DNA from: Escherichia coli
GTDB taxonomy: Bacteria > Pseudomonadota > Gammaproteobacteria > Enterobacterales > Enterobacteriaceae
Length of the DNA: 64,000 nucleotides
Assembly (NCBI RefSeq): GCF_024223415.1
Contig: NZ_CP100500.1
Reading direction: 5' to 3' (one strand)
Shown: positions 23,612-34,974 of the stretch, in pieces
Layout: each line of letters starts with the position of its first letter
Numbering within the stretch: position 1 is the stretch's first letter
Notes under the pieces: model-generated
Told to the model about the DNA's origin: nothing
What the model saw: only the letters and a program-made list of their open reading frames with translations
Database searches by the model: none
Program-made: the position numbers and the translations under genes

Positions 23612-25036
23612 ATGCAACATAAGTTACTGATTAACGGAGAACTGGTTAGCGGCGAAGGGGAAAAACAGCCTGTCTATAATCCGGCAACGGGGGACGTTTT
23701 ACTGGAGATTGCCGAGGCATCCGCAGAGCAGGTCGATGCTGCTGTGCGCGCGGCAGATGCAGCATTTGCCGAATGGGGGCAAACCACGCCGAAAGTGCGT
23801 GCGGAATGCCTGCTGAAACTGGCGGATGTTATCGAAGAAAATGGTCAGGTTTTTGCCGAACTGGAGTCCCGTAACTGTGGCAAACCGCTGCATAGTGCGT
23901 TCAATGATGAAATTCCGGCGATTGTCGATGTTTTTCGCTTTTTCGCTGGTGCGGCGCGCTGTCTGAATGGTCTGGCGGCAGGTGAATATCTTGAAGGTCA
24001 TACTTCGATGATCCGTCGCGATCCGTTGGGGGTCGTGGCTTCTATCGCACCGTGGAATTATCCGCTGATGATGGCCGCGTGGAAACTTGCTCCGGCGCTG
24101 GCGGCAGGGAACTGCGTAGTGCTTAAACCATCAGAAATTACCCCGCTGACCGCGTTGAAGTTGGCAGAGCTGGCGAAAGATATCTTCCCGGCAGGCGTGA
24201 TTAACGTACTGTTTGGCAGAGGCAAAACGGTGGGCGATCCGCTGACCGGTCATCCCAAAGTGCGGATGGTGTCGCTGACGGGCTCTATCGCCACCGGCGA
24301 GCACATCATCAGCCATACCGCGCCCTCCATTAAGCGTACTCATATGGAACTTGGTGGCAAAGCGCCAGTGATTGTTTTTGATGATGCGAATATTGAAGCA
24401 GTGGTCGAAGGTGTACGTACATTTGGCTATTACAATGCCGGACAGGATTGTACTGCGGCTTGTCGGATCTACGCGCAAAAAGGCATTTACGATACGCTGG
24501 TGGAAAAACTCGGTGCTGCAGTGGCAACGTTAAAATCTGGTGCGCCGGATGACGAGTCTACGGAGCTTGGACCTTTAAGCTCGCTGGCGCATCTCGAACG
24601 CGTCAGCAAGGCAGTAGAAGAGGCGAAAGCGACAGGGCATATCAAAGTGATCACCGGTGGTGAAAAGCGCAAGGGTAATGGCTATTACTATGCGCCGACG
24701 CTGCTGGCTGGCGCATTACAGGACGATGCCATCGTGCAAAAAGAGGTATTTGGTCCAGTAGTGAGTGTTACGCCCTTCGACAACGAAGAACAGGTGGTGA
24801 ACTGGGCGAATGACAGCCAGTACGGACTTGCATCTTCGGTATGGACGAAAGATGTGGGCAGGGCGCATCGCGTCAGCGCACGGCTGCAATATGGTTGTAC
24901 CTGGGTCAATACCCATTTCATGCTGGTAAGTGAAATGCCGCACGGTGGGCAGAAACTTTCTGGTTACGGCAAGGATATGTCACTTTATGGGCTGGAGGAT
25001 TACACCGTCGTCCGCCACGTCATGGTTAAACATTAA
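23612..25036 (+). CDS. patD: gamma-aminobutyraldehyde dehydrogenase
   Basis: 474-aa aldehyde dehydrogenase; catalytic motifs ELGGKAP and NAGQDCTA. Confidence 0.95.
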   Translation: MQHKLLINGELVSGEGEKQPVYNPATGDVLLEIAEASAEQVDAAVRAADAAFAEWGQTTPKVRAECLLKLADVIEENGQVFAELESRNCGKPLHSAFNDEIPAIVDVFRFFAGAARCLNGLAAGEYLEGHTSMIRRDPLGVVASIAPWNYPLMMAAWKLAPALAAGNCVVLKPSEITPLTALKLAELAKDIFPAGVINVLFGRGKTVGDPLTGHPKVRMVSLTGSIATGEHIISHTAPSIKRTHMELGGKAPVIVFDDANIEAVVEGVRTFGYYNAGQDCTAACRIYAQKGIYDTLVEKLGAAVATLKSGAPDDESTELGPLSSLAHLERVSKAVEEAKATGHIKVITGGEKRKGNGYYYAPTLLAGALQDDAIVQKEVFGPVVSVTPFDNEEQVVNWANDSQYGLASSVWTKDVGRAHRVSARLQYGCTWVNTHFMLVSEMPHGGQKLSGYGKDMSLYGLEDYTVVRHVMVKH

Positions 25037-25422
25037 GGATAATATTGCAGATCGTAAGAGTATGAGAAGATCTTGCGTACTGTCAGAGAGTTGATTTCTC
25101 TGACAGTACGTGCTGCGTGCAAAATCACTACATCAAATAAACCAGCCAAATCTCATAGAGATAAGAGTAAACAAACCAACAGCAGCAAAGACATTTATCA
25201 GTACTACAGTTCTACTGGAAACATTCATTTTTGCCACCTTTTATCATTGCCCCTATGTGTATAGTACGGGTTAAGAAAATCCGCAATAATACTCATTCTG
25301 AAGATGGATAAGGGCAAGTTGCTGTTTGATGTTTTTTTCTCAAACCGGTTAAAAAACTTGATGCACGTCAAAAAATGACGCATATTTGCGCGCGTTTTAT
25401 TCATCTGGCTGGACGCCCGTAC

Positions 25423-25596
25423 ATGTCTCTCTATCAACACATGCTTGTTTTTTATGCGGTTATGGCAGCAATCGCATTTCTTATCACTTGGTTTCTTTCT
25501 CACGATAAGAAACGCATCCGTTTCTTAAGCGCCTTTCTGGTGGGGGCAACATGGCCGATGAGTTTCCCGGTGGCGCTGTTGTTTTCACTGTTTTAA
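25423..25596 (+). CDS. ortT: small membrane toxin OrtT (orphan toxin)
   Basis: ATG 25423 gives 57-aa hydrophobic peptide MSLYQHMLVFYAVMAAIAFLITWFLSHDKKRIRFLSAFLVGATWPMSFPVALLFSLF. Confidence 0.85.
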   Translation: MSLYQHMLVFYAVMAAIAFLITWFLSHDKKRIRFLSAFLVGATWPMSFPVALLFSLF

Positions 25597-25681
25597 ATCT
25601 TACTCACTGGCTTGACGGCACCACGCAGACTTATATCATTTGGATGAATCGATAAATTTCACAAGTGGCTAAGGAGAAAGT

Positions 25682-25915
25682 ATGTCGCATCTGGATGAAG
25701 TCATCGCGCGTGTGGATGCCGCGATTGAAGAGAGCGTCATTGCCCATATGAACGAATTATTAATCGCCCTGAGCGATGACGCGGAGTTAAGTCGGGAAGA
25801 TCGCTACACCCAGCAGCAGCGTTTGCGCACCGCTATTGCTCATCACGGTCGCAAGCATAAAGAAGATATGGAAGCGCGCCACGAACAGTTAACCAAAGGC
25901 GGCACCATCCTGTGA
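25682..25915 (+). CDS. ydcY: DUF2526 small protein
   Basis: 77-aa ORF; K-12 synteny. Confidence 0.8.
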   Translation: MSHLDEVIARVDAAIEESVIAHMNELLIALSDDAELSREDRYTQQQRLRTAIAHHGRKHKEDMEARHEQLTKGGTIL

Positions 25916-26365
25916 TTAAAATGAGCGTCTGGCCACCAACCAGGCGCCAACCACAAGTAAAATTGCGCCACAAATTGGGCCGAACAATGCCCGTAGTGGT
26001 ACGCCATGACTGCGGAAGATATCCAGCACCAGACCGCCAATCAGCTGGCTGGCGACCAGTACTGCAATAGTTGTCGCCGCTCCCACATTCTGATATCCGC
26101 TGATACTGGCAAAGACAAAAAACGATCCCAGCAAGCCGGGTATAAGTGTCCACCAGCGCACGCTGGACACCAGTTCGCCAAACCCCGCCATACCTTGTTT
26201 AAACCATAAAATAGAAACAAAGAGCACAATCCCCACCAGTGAGTTCAGCAACATGGCGATGAGAATGGTAGAGGAGGTCTGGGTGATGCGCACCATCAGC
26301 GTGTTCTGGACTACCAGACCAATTCCGGCGGCAATCAAAAAAGCAAGGGTGAGCGACTGATTCAT
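25916..26365 (-). CDS. ydcZ: inner membrane protein (DMT-like, 149 aa)
   Basis: Hydrophobic 149-aa minus ORF; overlaps mnaT stop. Confidence 0.85.
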   Translation of the reverse strand: MNQSLTLAFLIAAGIGLVVQNTLMVRITQTSSTILIAMLLNSLVGIVLFVSILWFKQGMAGFGELVSSVRWWTLIPGLLGSFFVFASISGYQNVGAATTIAVLVASQLIGGLVLDIFRSHGVPLRALFGPICGAILLVVGAWLVARRSF

Positions 26366-26880
26366 CCAATCGCGTCCGGTTCAGTGCGCTCGTCGAGTTG
26401 CAACTGCATAAATGTCAGATCCAGCCAACGACCAAATTTAGTGCCTACCTGCGGCATTTGTGCAGTGATGACAAATCCCAGCGACTGGTGGAGATGCAGC
26501 GAAGCCTGGTTTTGCGATTCGATCCCGGCGACCATGACATGCTTCCCGCAATCCCGCGCTTCATCAATCAATCGGCTTAACAATTTACGCCCCAGACCTT
26601 TGCCCTGATGATCGGGATGGACATAAACCGAATGTTCCACGGTATGGCGAAAACCATCGAAACTACGCCAGTCGCCAAACGAGGCATATCCCGTCACTAC
26701 GCCATCTTCTTCACTTACCAGCACCGGATAACCTGCTATGGTCCGCGCTTCAAACCAGGCAATGCGGTTATCTGCATCCACCGTTTGGTCATTCCAGATA
26801 GCCGCCGTATACAACACGGCGTGGTTATAAATTTCCGCAATGGCAACACAGTCGGCTTTGCGGGCAAAACGGATGGACAT
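26362..26880 (-). CDS. mnaT: L-amino acid N-acyltransferase (GNAT)
   Basis: Met at 26880 gives 172 aa (MSIRFARKADCVAIAEIYNH...); GNAT motif QGKGLGRKLL. Confidence 0.9.
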   Translation of the reverse strand: MSIRFARKADCVAIAEIYNHAVLYTAAIWNDQTVDADNRIAWFEARTIAGYPVLVSEEDGVVTGYASFGDWRSFDGFRHTVEHSVYVHPDHQGKGLGRKLLSRLIDEARDCGKHVMVAGIESQNQASLHLHQSLGFVITAQMPQVGTKFGRWLDLTFMQLQLDERTEPDAIG

Positions 26881-27060
26881 GTCTGGCCTCGATAAAATAA
26901 TGATGATGATGTTATCAATACTATCGAAAACAGCCCGAAGCAACGGATTCCTCGATGAAATTATTGCGTGTTGCAGAGGGGATGTGACGGCTGCAAACAA
27001 AACCAATCCCGTGAGCCTGCTACTATTGATGGATTCATGCCAAAAGCACAGGAGAGCATT

Positions 27061-28098
27061 ATGGGGCAACAAAAGCAGCGTAATCGACGTTGGGTTCTGG
27101 CCTCGCGTCCACATGGCGCACCGGTTCCGGAGAATTTCCGTCTTGAAGAAGATGATGTCGCCACACCGGGTGAAGGACAGGTGTTACTGCGCACAGTTTA
27201 TTTGTCACTGGACCCGTATATGCGTGGACGTATGAGCGATGAGCCATCTTATTCACCGCCGGTTGATATTGGCGGCGTGATGGTCGGCGGTACGGTGAGC
27301 CGTGTCGTGAAGTCGAATCATCCTGATTATCAGCCTGGCGACTGGGTGCTGGGCTACAGTGGATGGCAGGACTATGACATATCCAGTGGTGATGATCTGG
27401 TGAAACTTGGCGATCATCCGCAAAATCCATCGTGGTCGCTGGGTGTGCTGGGGATGCCAGGCTTTACCGCTTATATGGGGCTGCTGGATATCGGTCAGCC
27501 TAAAGAGGGCGAAACGTTGGTGGTAGCTGCGGCGACAGGACCAGTGGGGGCGACGGTGGGGCAAATCGGCAAACTTAAAGGTTGCAGAGTGGTGGGGGTA
27601 GCCGGTGGCGCGGAAAAATGCCGCCATGCTACCGAGGTGTTAGGCTTCGATGTTTGCCTTGATCACCACGCGGACGATTTTGCCGAACAACTGGCGAAAG
27701 CGTGCCCAAAAGGTATTGATATCTATTATGAAAACGTGGGCGGTAAGGTATTTGATGCAGTGCTACCATTACTTAATACATCTGCGCGCATTCCCGTTTG
27801 TGGCTTAGTGAGCAGCTATAACGCTACAGAGCTACCACCCGGTCCGGATCGTTTACCCCTGTTGATGGCAACGGTGCTGAAAAAACGTATTCGCTTGCAA
27901 GGGTTTATTATCGCTCAGGATTATGGTCACCGCATCCATGAGTTTCAGAAGGAGATGGGGCAATGGGTGAAAGAGGATAAAATCCACTACCGCGAAGAAA
28001 TTACTGACGGTTTAGAGAATGCGCCACAGACGTTTATCGGCCTGCTTAAGGGTAAAAACTTCGGCAAAGTGGTGATCCGCGTGGCGGGTGATGATTAA
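27061..28098 (+). CDS. curA: NADPH-dependent curcumin/dihydrocurcumin reductase
   Basis: Met 27061 gives 345 aa; MDR/zinc-independent dehydrogenase fold with AATGPVG nucleotide motif. Confidence 0.9.
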   Translation: MGQQKQRNRRWVLASRPHGAPVPENFRLEEDDVATPGEGQVLLRTVYLSLDPYMRGRMSDEPSYSPPVDIGGVMVGGTVSRVVKSNHPDYQPGDWVLGYSGWQDYDISSGDDLVKLGDHPQNPSWSLGVLGMPGFTAYMGLLDIGQPKEGETLVVAAATGPVGATVGQIGKLKGCRVVGVAGGAEKCRHATEVLGFDVCLDHHADDFAEQLAKACPKGIDIYYENVGGKVFDAVLPLLNTSARIPVCGLVSSYNATELPPGPDRLPLLMATVLKKRIRLQGFIIAQDYGHRIHEFQKEMGQWVKEDKIHYREEITDGLENAPQTFIGLLKGKNFGKVVIRVAGDD

Positions 28099-28295
28099 AG
28101 TTTCAACGGCGGCGTAAGCCGCCATAAAAATCCAGGCAAAAAGCTCATTTTCAGCTTTAATTAACTAACCACGTCATTGTTCTGCTGCTAATAACAACAA
28201 AGGTGAGTGGTTTATGATTATTCACTTTAATACACCAGGTGAACTCCTTCTGCCATGCAGGCAGGGTTGGACAGAAAACACGCGAAGGAATTAAA

Positions 28296-28961
28296 ATGCC
28301 TGGAACGGGAAAAATGAAACATGTCAGTTTGACTCTGCAGGTTGAGAACGACCTGAAACATCAGCTTAGTATTGGCGCATTAAAACCTGGCGCACGCCTG
28401 ATTACTAAAAATCTGGCGGAGCAATTAGGTATGAGTATTACACCTGTGCGTGAAGCATTATTACGTCTGGTTTCGGTGAATGCGCTTTCTGTCGCACCAG
28501 CGCAAGCATTTACAGTTCCGGAAGTGGGGAAACGTCAATTAGACGAAATCAATCGGATCCGCTACGAACTGGAATTAATGGCAGTTGCTCTGGCTGTTGA
28601 AAACCTCACCCCGCAAGACCTGGCGGAACTCCAGGAATTGCTCGAGAAATTACAGCAGGCGCAAGAAAAGGGCGACATGGAACAAATCATTAATGTAAAC
28701 AGGCTATTTCGCTTAGCGATTTATCATCGCTCAAATATGCCCATCCTGTGTGAGATGATTGAGCAACTGTGGGTCAGGATGGGGCCTGGTTTACATTATC
28801 TCTATGAAGCGATTAATCCAGCGGAATTACGGGAGCATATAGAAAACTATCATCTGTTACTCGCTGCGTTAAAAGCAAAAGACAAAGAGGGATGCAGACA
28901 TTGTCTTGCTGAAATTATGCAACAAAATATTGCTATTTTATACCAGCAATACAATCGTTAA
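28296..28961 (+). CDS. mcbR: GntR-family regulator McbR
   Basis: Met 28296 gives 221 aa; GntR HTH and FCD domain. Confidence 0.9.
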   Translation: MPGTGKMKHVSLTLQVENDLKHQLSIGALKPGARLITKNLAEQLGMSITPVREALLRLVSVNALSVAPAQAFTVPEVGKRQLDEINRIRYELELMAVALAVENLTPQDLAELQELLEKLQQAQEKGDMEQIINVNRLFRLAIYHRSNMPILCEMIEQLWVRMGPGLHYLYEAINPAELREHIENYHLLLAALKAKDKEGCRHCLAEIMQQNIAILYQQYNR

Positions 28962-28966
28962 ATCAA

Positions 28967-28988
28967 ATGCCCGGCAAATACCGGGCAT
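28967..28988. terminator. bidirectional hairpin between convergent mcbR and yncD
   Basis: ATGCCCGG-CAAATA-CCGGGCAT perfect inverted repeat. Confidence 0.6.
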
Positions 28989-28996
28989 CAAGGTAA

Positions 28997-31099
28997 TTAC
29001 TCAAATCTCCACGCAATATTCATGCCGACACCATAATTTCGTCCGGGCGCAGGTTCGTAATATCGCCCGTTTGACTCATTGACAATGACAGAACCAACGT
29101 ATTCTTTATCGAATAAATTATCGACACGACCAAATAAATCCACAGTTAAATTGTGGTAATTGTATTTATACCCGGTGAATAAGCCGACGAGAGTATAAGA
29201 CGGCGCTTTGGCCGTATTTTCATCATCTGCCATAATATCGCCCATATAACGCGCTTCCGTGCCTGCATACCAGCCATCTTCCGGTACATAACCTATCGAC
29301 GCAAAGCCCATATTACGGGCGATCCCAGGCATCCGATTACCGTTACAATCCTGTTCATTGCAAACATTGCTGCGATAGGTCGCATCAAGCCAGGTCCAGG
29401 ACGCGTTTACGCGAAAATCTCCCGCGAAACGTTGATCCCATGCCAGTTCAGCACCTTGACGACGGGTCTTTCCAGCATTTTTGTAAGTCGTACGCCCACC
29501 GCTACTGCTATCGACAACAATTTCATCATCGGTGTCGGTCTGGAACAATGCGAGACTAAGCAGCCCATCACCAATACGCGTTTTACTGCCGATCTCAATT
29601 GTATCGTTGGTGGATGGTTTTAAACCAAAGTTCATACCGCTTTGCCCATCAGCGCGATAAGACAGCTCATTAATCGTCGGCGTTTCAAAACCACGCCCGG
29701 CTGCCAGATAGATATTCCAGGCATCGGTCATTGCATATTTTAGCGATCCGGCAGGTAGCCATTTGTGATAACTGGCATCACCGCTGTCATCGCCGTTACC
29801 CGGAGTAACGTAATGGTCGTTGGAATCAAACCACACGGAGCTGTAGCGCACGCCAGCATCCAGCGACAGTTTTTCGCTCAGCTGCCACTGCGTCTGTAAA
29901 TAGGGATCGATGTTCCACATCAGATTGCGTTCGTCGCGACGCAACTCACCTTTTTGCCCGTACTCCGGCATGCCGCTATTCAGGCGGAAGTTATTGTAGC
30001 CCTTGCGGTTTTCACTCATGTTTTCGTAGTTCAGGCCGGTAGTGAACGTGACCGGAACGCCCAGTTCACCACGGTGTGTCCAGCGGCTGTCTATTCCCTG
30101 GTAATGGCGTTGCAGGGTAATCACGCCGCCCGCATGTGACGGGTTAAGTTGTGGTGCCATGGGTATTGACTGGTACTGGGTCGTTTCTCGCTCTCCGGCA
30201 TACATCATCACACTCATATCATCCCGCGAACTCAGGCTACGTTCATAGCGCAACCCAGCCTGAGTTTGCTTGATGGTTTTTCGCGTGTCGTACTGTTCTG
30301 CACGAGGCGCTTGTTGTGGATTCGCCTTCCATTCTGCTTTGGTTAGCCCACCTGGGTCATCTGCTTTGATATCCACACTATTGAAAATCAGGCTTAATTT
30401 GCTGGCTTCATCAATGCGTACGCCCAGTTTGGCATTGGCTAAATTTTTCTGTGCGCCACTATGGTCACGATAGCCGTGGGTCGTAAAACGCGTGGTTGAG
30501 ACGGTGTAATCAACATCGCCGGGCTGTGTGCCGTCTCCCGTTGCGCCCGTTGCTTTCAGCCCATAGCGCCAGCTGCCAAAACTGCCGTAGTAACTATTGG
30601 CTTCAATGGTTGGTGGCTGTTGTCCGGTCTGGGTGGTGACATTCATTACACCGCCAGACGCGTTGCCATACAGGGCAGAGAAGGGGCCACGCAGCACTTC
30701 CACATTTTGCACACTGCTTAAATCGATGTTGGATGTTTGCCCTTGCCCGTCGGGCATGGTGGCGGGAATACCGTCCACATACAGGCGAATACCGCGAATT
30801 CCGTAAGTGGAACGGGAGCCAAATCCGCGAATCGACAGCTGTAAATCTTGCGCATAGTTCTGCCGGTTTTGTACCTGTAAACCAGGCACGCCGGTCAGTG
30901 ATTCGGACAAGTTAATGCGCGGTGTTGCCAGGCGCATCTCCTCGCCATCCACCACGCTTACTGCTGCAGGGGTATCCAGTTCTGAAACCACCTGCGGCGC
31001 GGCACTGACAATCATGGTCTGTTCATCAGCGGCAAAAACAACGGGGGAAAGGACAAGCAGTGCGGGCAAAACGGTCTGTCGGACGGAAAAAATCTTCAT
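28997..31099 (-). CDS. yncD: TonB-dependent outer membrane receptor
   Basis: 700-aa minus ORF; signal peptide, TonB box DEQTMIVSA, C-terminal aromatic residue (…AWRFE). Confidence 0.95.
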   Translation of the reverse strand: MKIFSVRQTVLPALLVLSPVVFAADEQTMIVSAAPQVVSELDTPAAVSVVDGEEMRLATPRINLSESLTGVPGLQVQNRQNYAQDLQLSIRGFGSRSTYGIRGIRLYVDGIPATMPDGQGQTSNIDLSSVQNVEVLRGPFSALYGNASGGVMNVTTQTGQQPPTIEANSYYGSFGSWRYGLKATGATGDGTQPGDVDYTVSTTRFTTHGYRDHSGAQKNLANAKLGVRIDEASKLSLIFNSVDIKADDPGGLTKAEWKANPQQAPRAEQYDTRKTIKQTQAGLRYERSLSSRDDMSVMMYAGERETTQYQSIPMAPQLNPSHAGGVITLQRHYQGIDSRWTHRGELGVPVTFTTGLNYENMSENRKGYNNFRLNSGMPEYGQKGELRRDERNLMWNIDPYLQTQWQLSEKLSLDAGVRYSSVWFDSNDHYVTPGNGDDSGDASYHKWLPAGSLKYAMTDAWNIYLAAGRGFETPTINELSYRADGQSGMNFGLKPSTNDTIEIGSKTRIGDGLLSLALFQTDTDDEIVVDSSSGGRTTYKNAGKTRRQGAELAWDQRFAGDFRVNASWTWLDATYRSNVCNEQDCNGNRMPGIARNMGFASIGYVPEDGWYAGTEARYMGDIMADDENTAKAPSYTLVGLFTGYKYNYHNLTVDLFGRVDNLFDKEYVGSVIVNESNGRYYEPAPGRNYGVGMNIAWRFE

Positions 31100-31340
31100 G
31101 AAAAAAGCCAGGTTAAGAATGGGAAAACGCCGTCATGGTAATGAAATTGTAAATTTATGGAAAATGAAACGGCACAATACGTTAAGTAATTGAGAAAATT
31201 GTAGTCGTAACGGCAAGAAATGCTCCACATTTGAGAAAATAATGATTACCATTCCCATTTATAACAAGAGCGTAACTATGATTACGCTTAGCGAAGCATT
31301 GTGAAGCAGCAAAAATATCGGTTCATCAAAGGGAGTCGTC

Positions 31341-32402
31341 ATGCATTTACGTCATCTGTTTTCATTGCGCCTGCGTGGTTCATTACTGTTAGGTTCATTG
31401 CTTGTTGCTTCATCATTCAGTACGCAGGCCGCAGAAGAAATGCTGCGTAAAGCGGTAGGTAAAGGTGCCTACGAAATGGCTTATAGCCAGCAAGAAAACG
31501 CGCTGTGGCTCGCCACTTCGCAAAGCCGCAAACTGGATAAAGGTGGCGTGGTTTATCGTCTTGATCCGGTCACTCTGGAAGTGACGCAGGCGATCCATAA
31601 CGATCTCAAGCCGTTTGGTGCCACCATCAATAACACGACTCAGACGTTGTGGTTTGGTAACACCGTAAACAGCGCGGTTACGGCGATAGATGCCAAAACG
31701 GGCGAAGTGAAAGGCCGTCTGGTGCTGGATGATCGTAAGCGCACGGAAGAGGTGCGCCCGCTGCAACCGCGTGAGCTGGTAGCTGATGATGCCACGAACA
31801 CCGTTTACATCAGTGGTATTGGTAAAGAGAGCGTGATTTGGGTCGTTGATGGCGAGAATATCAAACTGAAAACCGCCATCCAGAACACCGGTAAAATGAG
31901 TACCGGTCTGGCGCTGGATAGCAAAGGCAAACGTCTTTACACCACTAACGCTGACGGCGAATTGATTACCATCGACACCGCCGACAATAAAATCCTCAGC
32001 CGTAAAAAGCTGCTGGATGACGGCAAAGAGCACTTCTTTATCAACATTAGCCTTGATACCGCCAGGCAGCGTGCATTTATCACCGATTCTAAAGCCGCAG
32101 AAGTGTTAGTGGTCGATACCCGTAATGGCAATATTCTGGCGAAGGTTGCGGCACCGGAATCACTTGCTGTGCTGTTTAACCCCGCGCGTAATGAAGCCTA
32201 CGTGACGCATCGTCAGGCAGGTAAAGTCAGTGTGATTGACGCGAAAAGCTATAAAGTGGTGAAAACGTTCGATACGCCGACTCATCCAAACAGCCTGGCG
32301 CTGTCTGCCGATGGCAAAACGCTGTATGTCAGTGTGAAACAAAAATCCACTAAACAGCAGGAAGCTACCCAGCCAGACGATGTGATTCGTATTGCGCTGT
32401 AA
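31341..32402 (+). CDS. yncE: beta-propeller protein YncE
   Basis: 353-aa ORF with signal peptide and repeated propeller blades. Confidence 0.9.
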   Translation: MHLRHLFSLRLRGSLLLGSLLVASSFSTQAAEEMLRKAVGKGAYEMAYSQQENALWLATSQSRKLDKGGVVYRLDPVTLEVTQAIHNDLKPFGATINNTTQTLWFGNTVNSAVTAIDAKTGEVKGRLVLDDRKRTEEVRPLQPRELVADDATNTVYISGIGKESVIWVVDGENIKLKTAIQNTGKMSTGLALDSKGKRLYTTNADGELITIDTADNKILSRKKLLDDGKEHFFINISLDTARQRAFITDSKAAEVLVVDTRNGNILAKVAAPESLAVLFNPARNEAYVTHRQAGKVSVIDAKSYKVVKTFDTPTHPNSLALSADGKTLYVSVKQKSTKQQEATQPDDVIRIAL

Positions 32403-32485
32403 TAGATATGGCGAGGGTGAAAACGGAGAGACTTGCCTGACTTTTATCACGTCGCATGCGGCACACCTTCGTCAGTAATCTAAAT

Positions 32486-32514
32486 TTGCCCGGCACGTAG
32501 CCGGGCAATTTTGC
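32486..32514. terminator. bidirectional terminator between convergent yncE and ansP
   Basis: TTGCCCGGC-ACGTA-GCCGGGCAA followed by TTTTG. Confidence 0.7.
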
Positions 32515-32516
32515 AA

Positions 32517-34016
32517 TTAGCTCGCCGTTTCAGGCTTAAACACAATTTCCTGTTTTTCTTCATCTTCCTCGACGACTGGCGCAGTGCTGTGAATTTCAGC
32601 AACGCGTTTGCGCACACCAAACCAGCCTATAACCAGCAGAATACCGATAATCGGCAGCGCCGCGATAGTATAAGTCCCGTTCGGGTAATCGAACGCCATC
32701 AGCACAAGGACACTCAGTAAAAACAGTAATGTCAGCCAGGAAGTGAAGGGCGCGCCAGGCAGTTTAAAACTGACATCCGCTGCTTTGCCTTCTTTAATCG
32801 CTTTACGCAGGCGCATCTGGCACACGATGATAAACGCCCATGAAGCGATGATTCCCAGCGACGCGAAGTTCAACACAATCTCAAATACGCGCGATGGCAC
32901 CAGATAGTTGAGGAATACGCCGACGACATACACAACCAGTGTCGCCAGAATCCCGGCATACGGCACATGCTGACGACTCATTTTCGCCATAAAACTCGGT
33001 GCGGAACCGCCCATCGCCATTGAGCGCAGAATACGTCCGGTGCAGTACAGACCTGAATTCAGGCTGGAGAGGGCAGCGGTCAGCACCACAATGTTCATAA
33101 TGCTGCCGATATATGGCACACCCAGTTTAGAGAAAAACGTCACGAACGGACTTTGCCCCGCCTGATACGCGCTCCACGGCAATAACATAACCAGCAACAC
33201 CACGGAGCCGACGTAAAACAGGCCAATACGCCAAATCACACTGTTAATGGCTTTAGGCACCATGGTCTGCGGATCTTTACATTCTCCGGCAGCTGTACCC
33301 ACCATTTCAATGGAGGCAAAAGCAAACACTACGCCCTGAATCAACACCAGCGCAGGCAGCAAACCGTGGGGGAAGAAGCCGCCATTATCGGTAATTAAAT
33401 GAAAGCCAGTGGTGTTGCCATCCAGCGGCTGACCACTACCGAGGAACACTGTACCCACGACCAAAAAGGTCACAATGGCGAGCACTTTAATAAGCGCAAA
33501 CCAGAACTCCATCTCCGCAAACCATTTCACACCGATCATATTCATGGTGCCAACGATGGTAAGTGCAGCGAGCGCAAAGACCCACTGCGGCACGCCGCCA
33601 AACGCACCCCAGTAATGCATATACAGAGCGACGGCGGTAATATCAACAATCCCCGTCATCGCCCAGTTGATGAAGTACATCCAGCCAGCAACATAAGCGG
33701 CTTTCTCACCCAAAAACTCACGGGCATAAGAGACAAAACTGCCACTGGAAGGGCGGTGTAGCACCAGCTCACCCAATGCACGCAGAATAAAAAACGAAAA
33801 CAAGCCACAAATTAAATAAACCAGTGCCAGTGCTGGACCCGCCATTTGCAGTCGGGCTCCTGCACCTAAAAACAAGCCGGTGCCAATCGCGCCGCCAATG
33901 GCGATCATCTGTACCTGGCGATTGCCCATCGCTTTGTGATACCCCTCTTCGTGGGCATTAAGCCAGCGGCGTTTCGCGGCGTGTTGATCTGAAGTGTCGG
34001 TGTCGTGTTTACTCAT
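32517..34016 (-). CDS. ansP: L-asparagine permease (APC family)
   Basis: Minus ORF 32517-34067; Met at 34016 gives 499 aa; amino-acid permease signature. Confidence 0.9.
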   Translation of the reverse strand: MSKHDTDTSDQHAAKRRWLNAHEEGYHKAMGNRQVQMIAIGGAIGTGLFLGAGARLQMAGPALALVYLICGLFSFFILRALGELVLHRPSSGSFVSYAREFLGEKAAYVAGWMYFINWAMTGIVDITAVALYMHYWGAFGGVPQWVFALAALTIVGTMNMIGVKWFAEMEFWFALIKVLAIVTFLVVGTVFLGSGQPLDGNTTGFHLITDNGGFFPHGLLPALVLIQGVVFAFASIEMVGTAAGECKDPQTMVPKAINSVIWRIGLFYVGSVVLLVMLLPWSAYQAGQSPFVTFFSKLGVPYIGSIMNIVVLTAALSSLNSGLYCTGRILRSMAMGGSAPSFMAKMSRQHVPYAGILATLVVYVVGVFLNYLVPSRVFEIVLNFASLGIIASWAFIIVCQMRLRKAIKEGKAADVSFKLPGAPFTSWLTLLFLLSVLVLMAFDYPNGTYTIAALPIIGILLVIGWFGVRKRVAEIHSTAPVVEEDEEKQEIVFKPETAS

Positions 34017-34282
34017 TGCTCTCCCTGATTGCTTTAATGAAAAAGTCATATAAGTTGCCATGAACAATGTTTATTCATCCTGGCGATGATAGTTATCACC
34101 ATTATTCTTTATGGGTATAAAACTATCGGCGCAGCATCCTACCCGTTATCGATAAACGATGCAAAACATCCCCTTACAATCCTGAAGGGGATTAATACAA
34201 CTGACGAAAAAATGACAAATCCTTTTGCTGGTTAACCTGTGTACTGTCCTACACTTAATCTTTAAAAGATTGTGAGGGGCAT

Positions 34283-34879
34283 ATGATTAAGGTGTATGGC
34301 GTACCCGGATGGGGCTCTACAATCAGTGAGCTGATGCTAACACTGGCTGATATTCCTTATCAGTTCGTTGATGTCAGTGGTTTTGACCACGAGGGAGCTT
34401 CACGCGAGTTATTGAAAACCCTGAACCCGTTGTGTCAGGTTCCGACACTGGCATTGGAAAATGACGAGATTATGACGGAGACAGCGGCGATTGCATTGAT
34501 GGTTCTCGATCGTCGCCCGGACCTTGCGCCACCGGTTGGGCGCGCCGAACGTCAGCAGTTTCAACGGCTATTGGTCTGGCTGGTTGCTAATGTCTATCCA
34601 ACATTCACTTTCGCCGATTACCCTGAGCGTTGGGCTCCTGACGCACCCGAACAGTTAAAGAAGAATGTTATTGAATATCGTAAATCGCTTTATATCTGGC
34701 TGAATTCACAATTGACCCCTGAACCTTATGCGTTTGGTGAGCAACTAACGCTGGTGGACTGTTATCTTTGCACTATGCGCACATGGGGCCTGGGCATGAA
34801 TGGTTTCAGGATAATGCCACGAATATCAGTGCGATTGCTGATGCTGTATGTCAGTTACCGAAATTACAAGAAGTATTAA
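34283..34879 (+). CDS. yncG: glutathione S-transferase homolog
   Basis: 198-aa ORF with GST N-terminal thioredoxin-like fold; exact start uncertain. Confidence 0.8.
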   Translation: MIKVYGVPGWGSTISELMLTLADIPYQFVDVSGFDHEGASRELLKTLNPLCQVPTLALENDEIMTETAAIALMVLDRRPDLAPPVGRAERQQFQRLLVWLVANVYPTFTFADYPERWAPDAPEQLKKNVIEYRKSLYIWLNSQLTPEPYAFGEQLTLVDCYLCTMRTWGLGMNGFRIMPRISVRLLMLYVSYRNYKKY

Positions 34880-34974
34880 AAAGGAATGTCATTATTTGAG
34901 TGGGATACCAGAAGATTATGTTATTTATTATTCAGTAACTTTATCCACAATGATGGGCGTAATTAATTAGATTC

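Noticed and set aside
28108-28127. GGCGGC-GTAA-GCCGCC hairpin after curA as a terminator
   Set aside because: Followed by an A-run rather than a T-run on the curA strand; may be a REP fragment or terminator for the opposite strand, unresolved.
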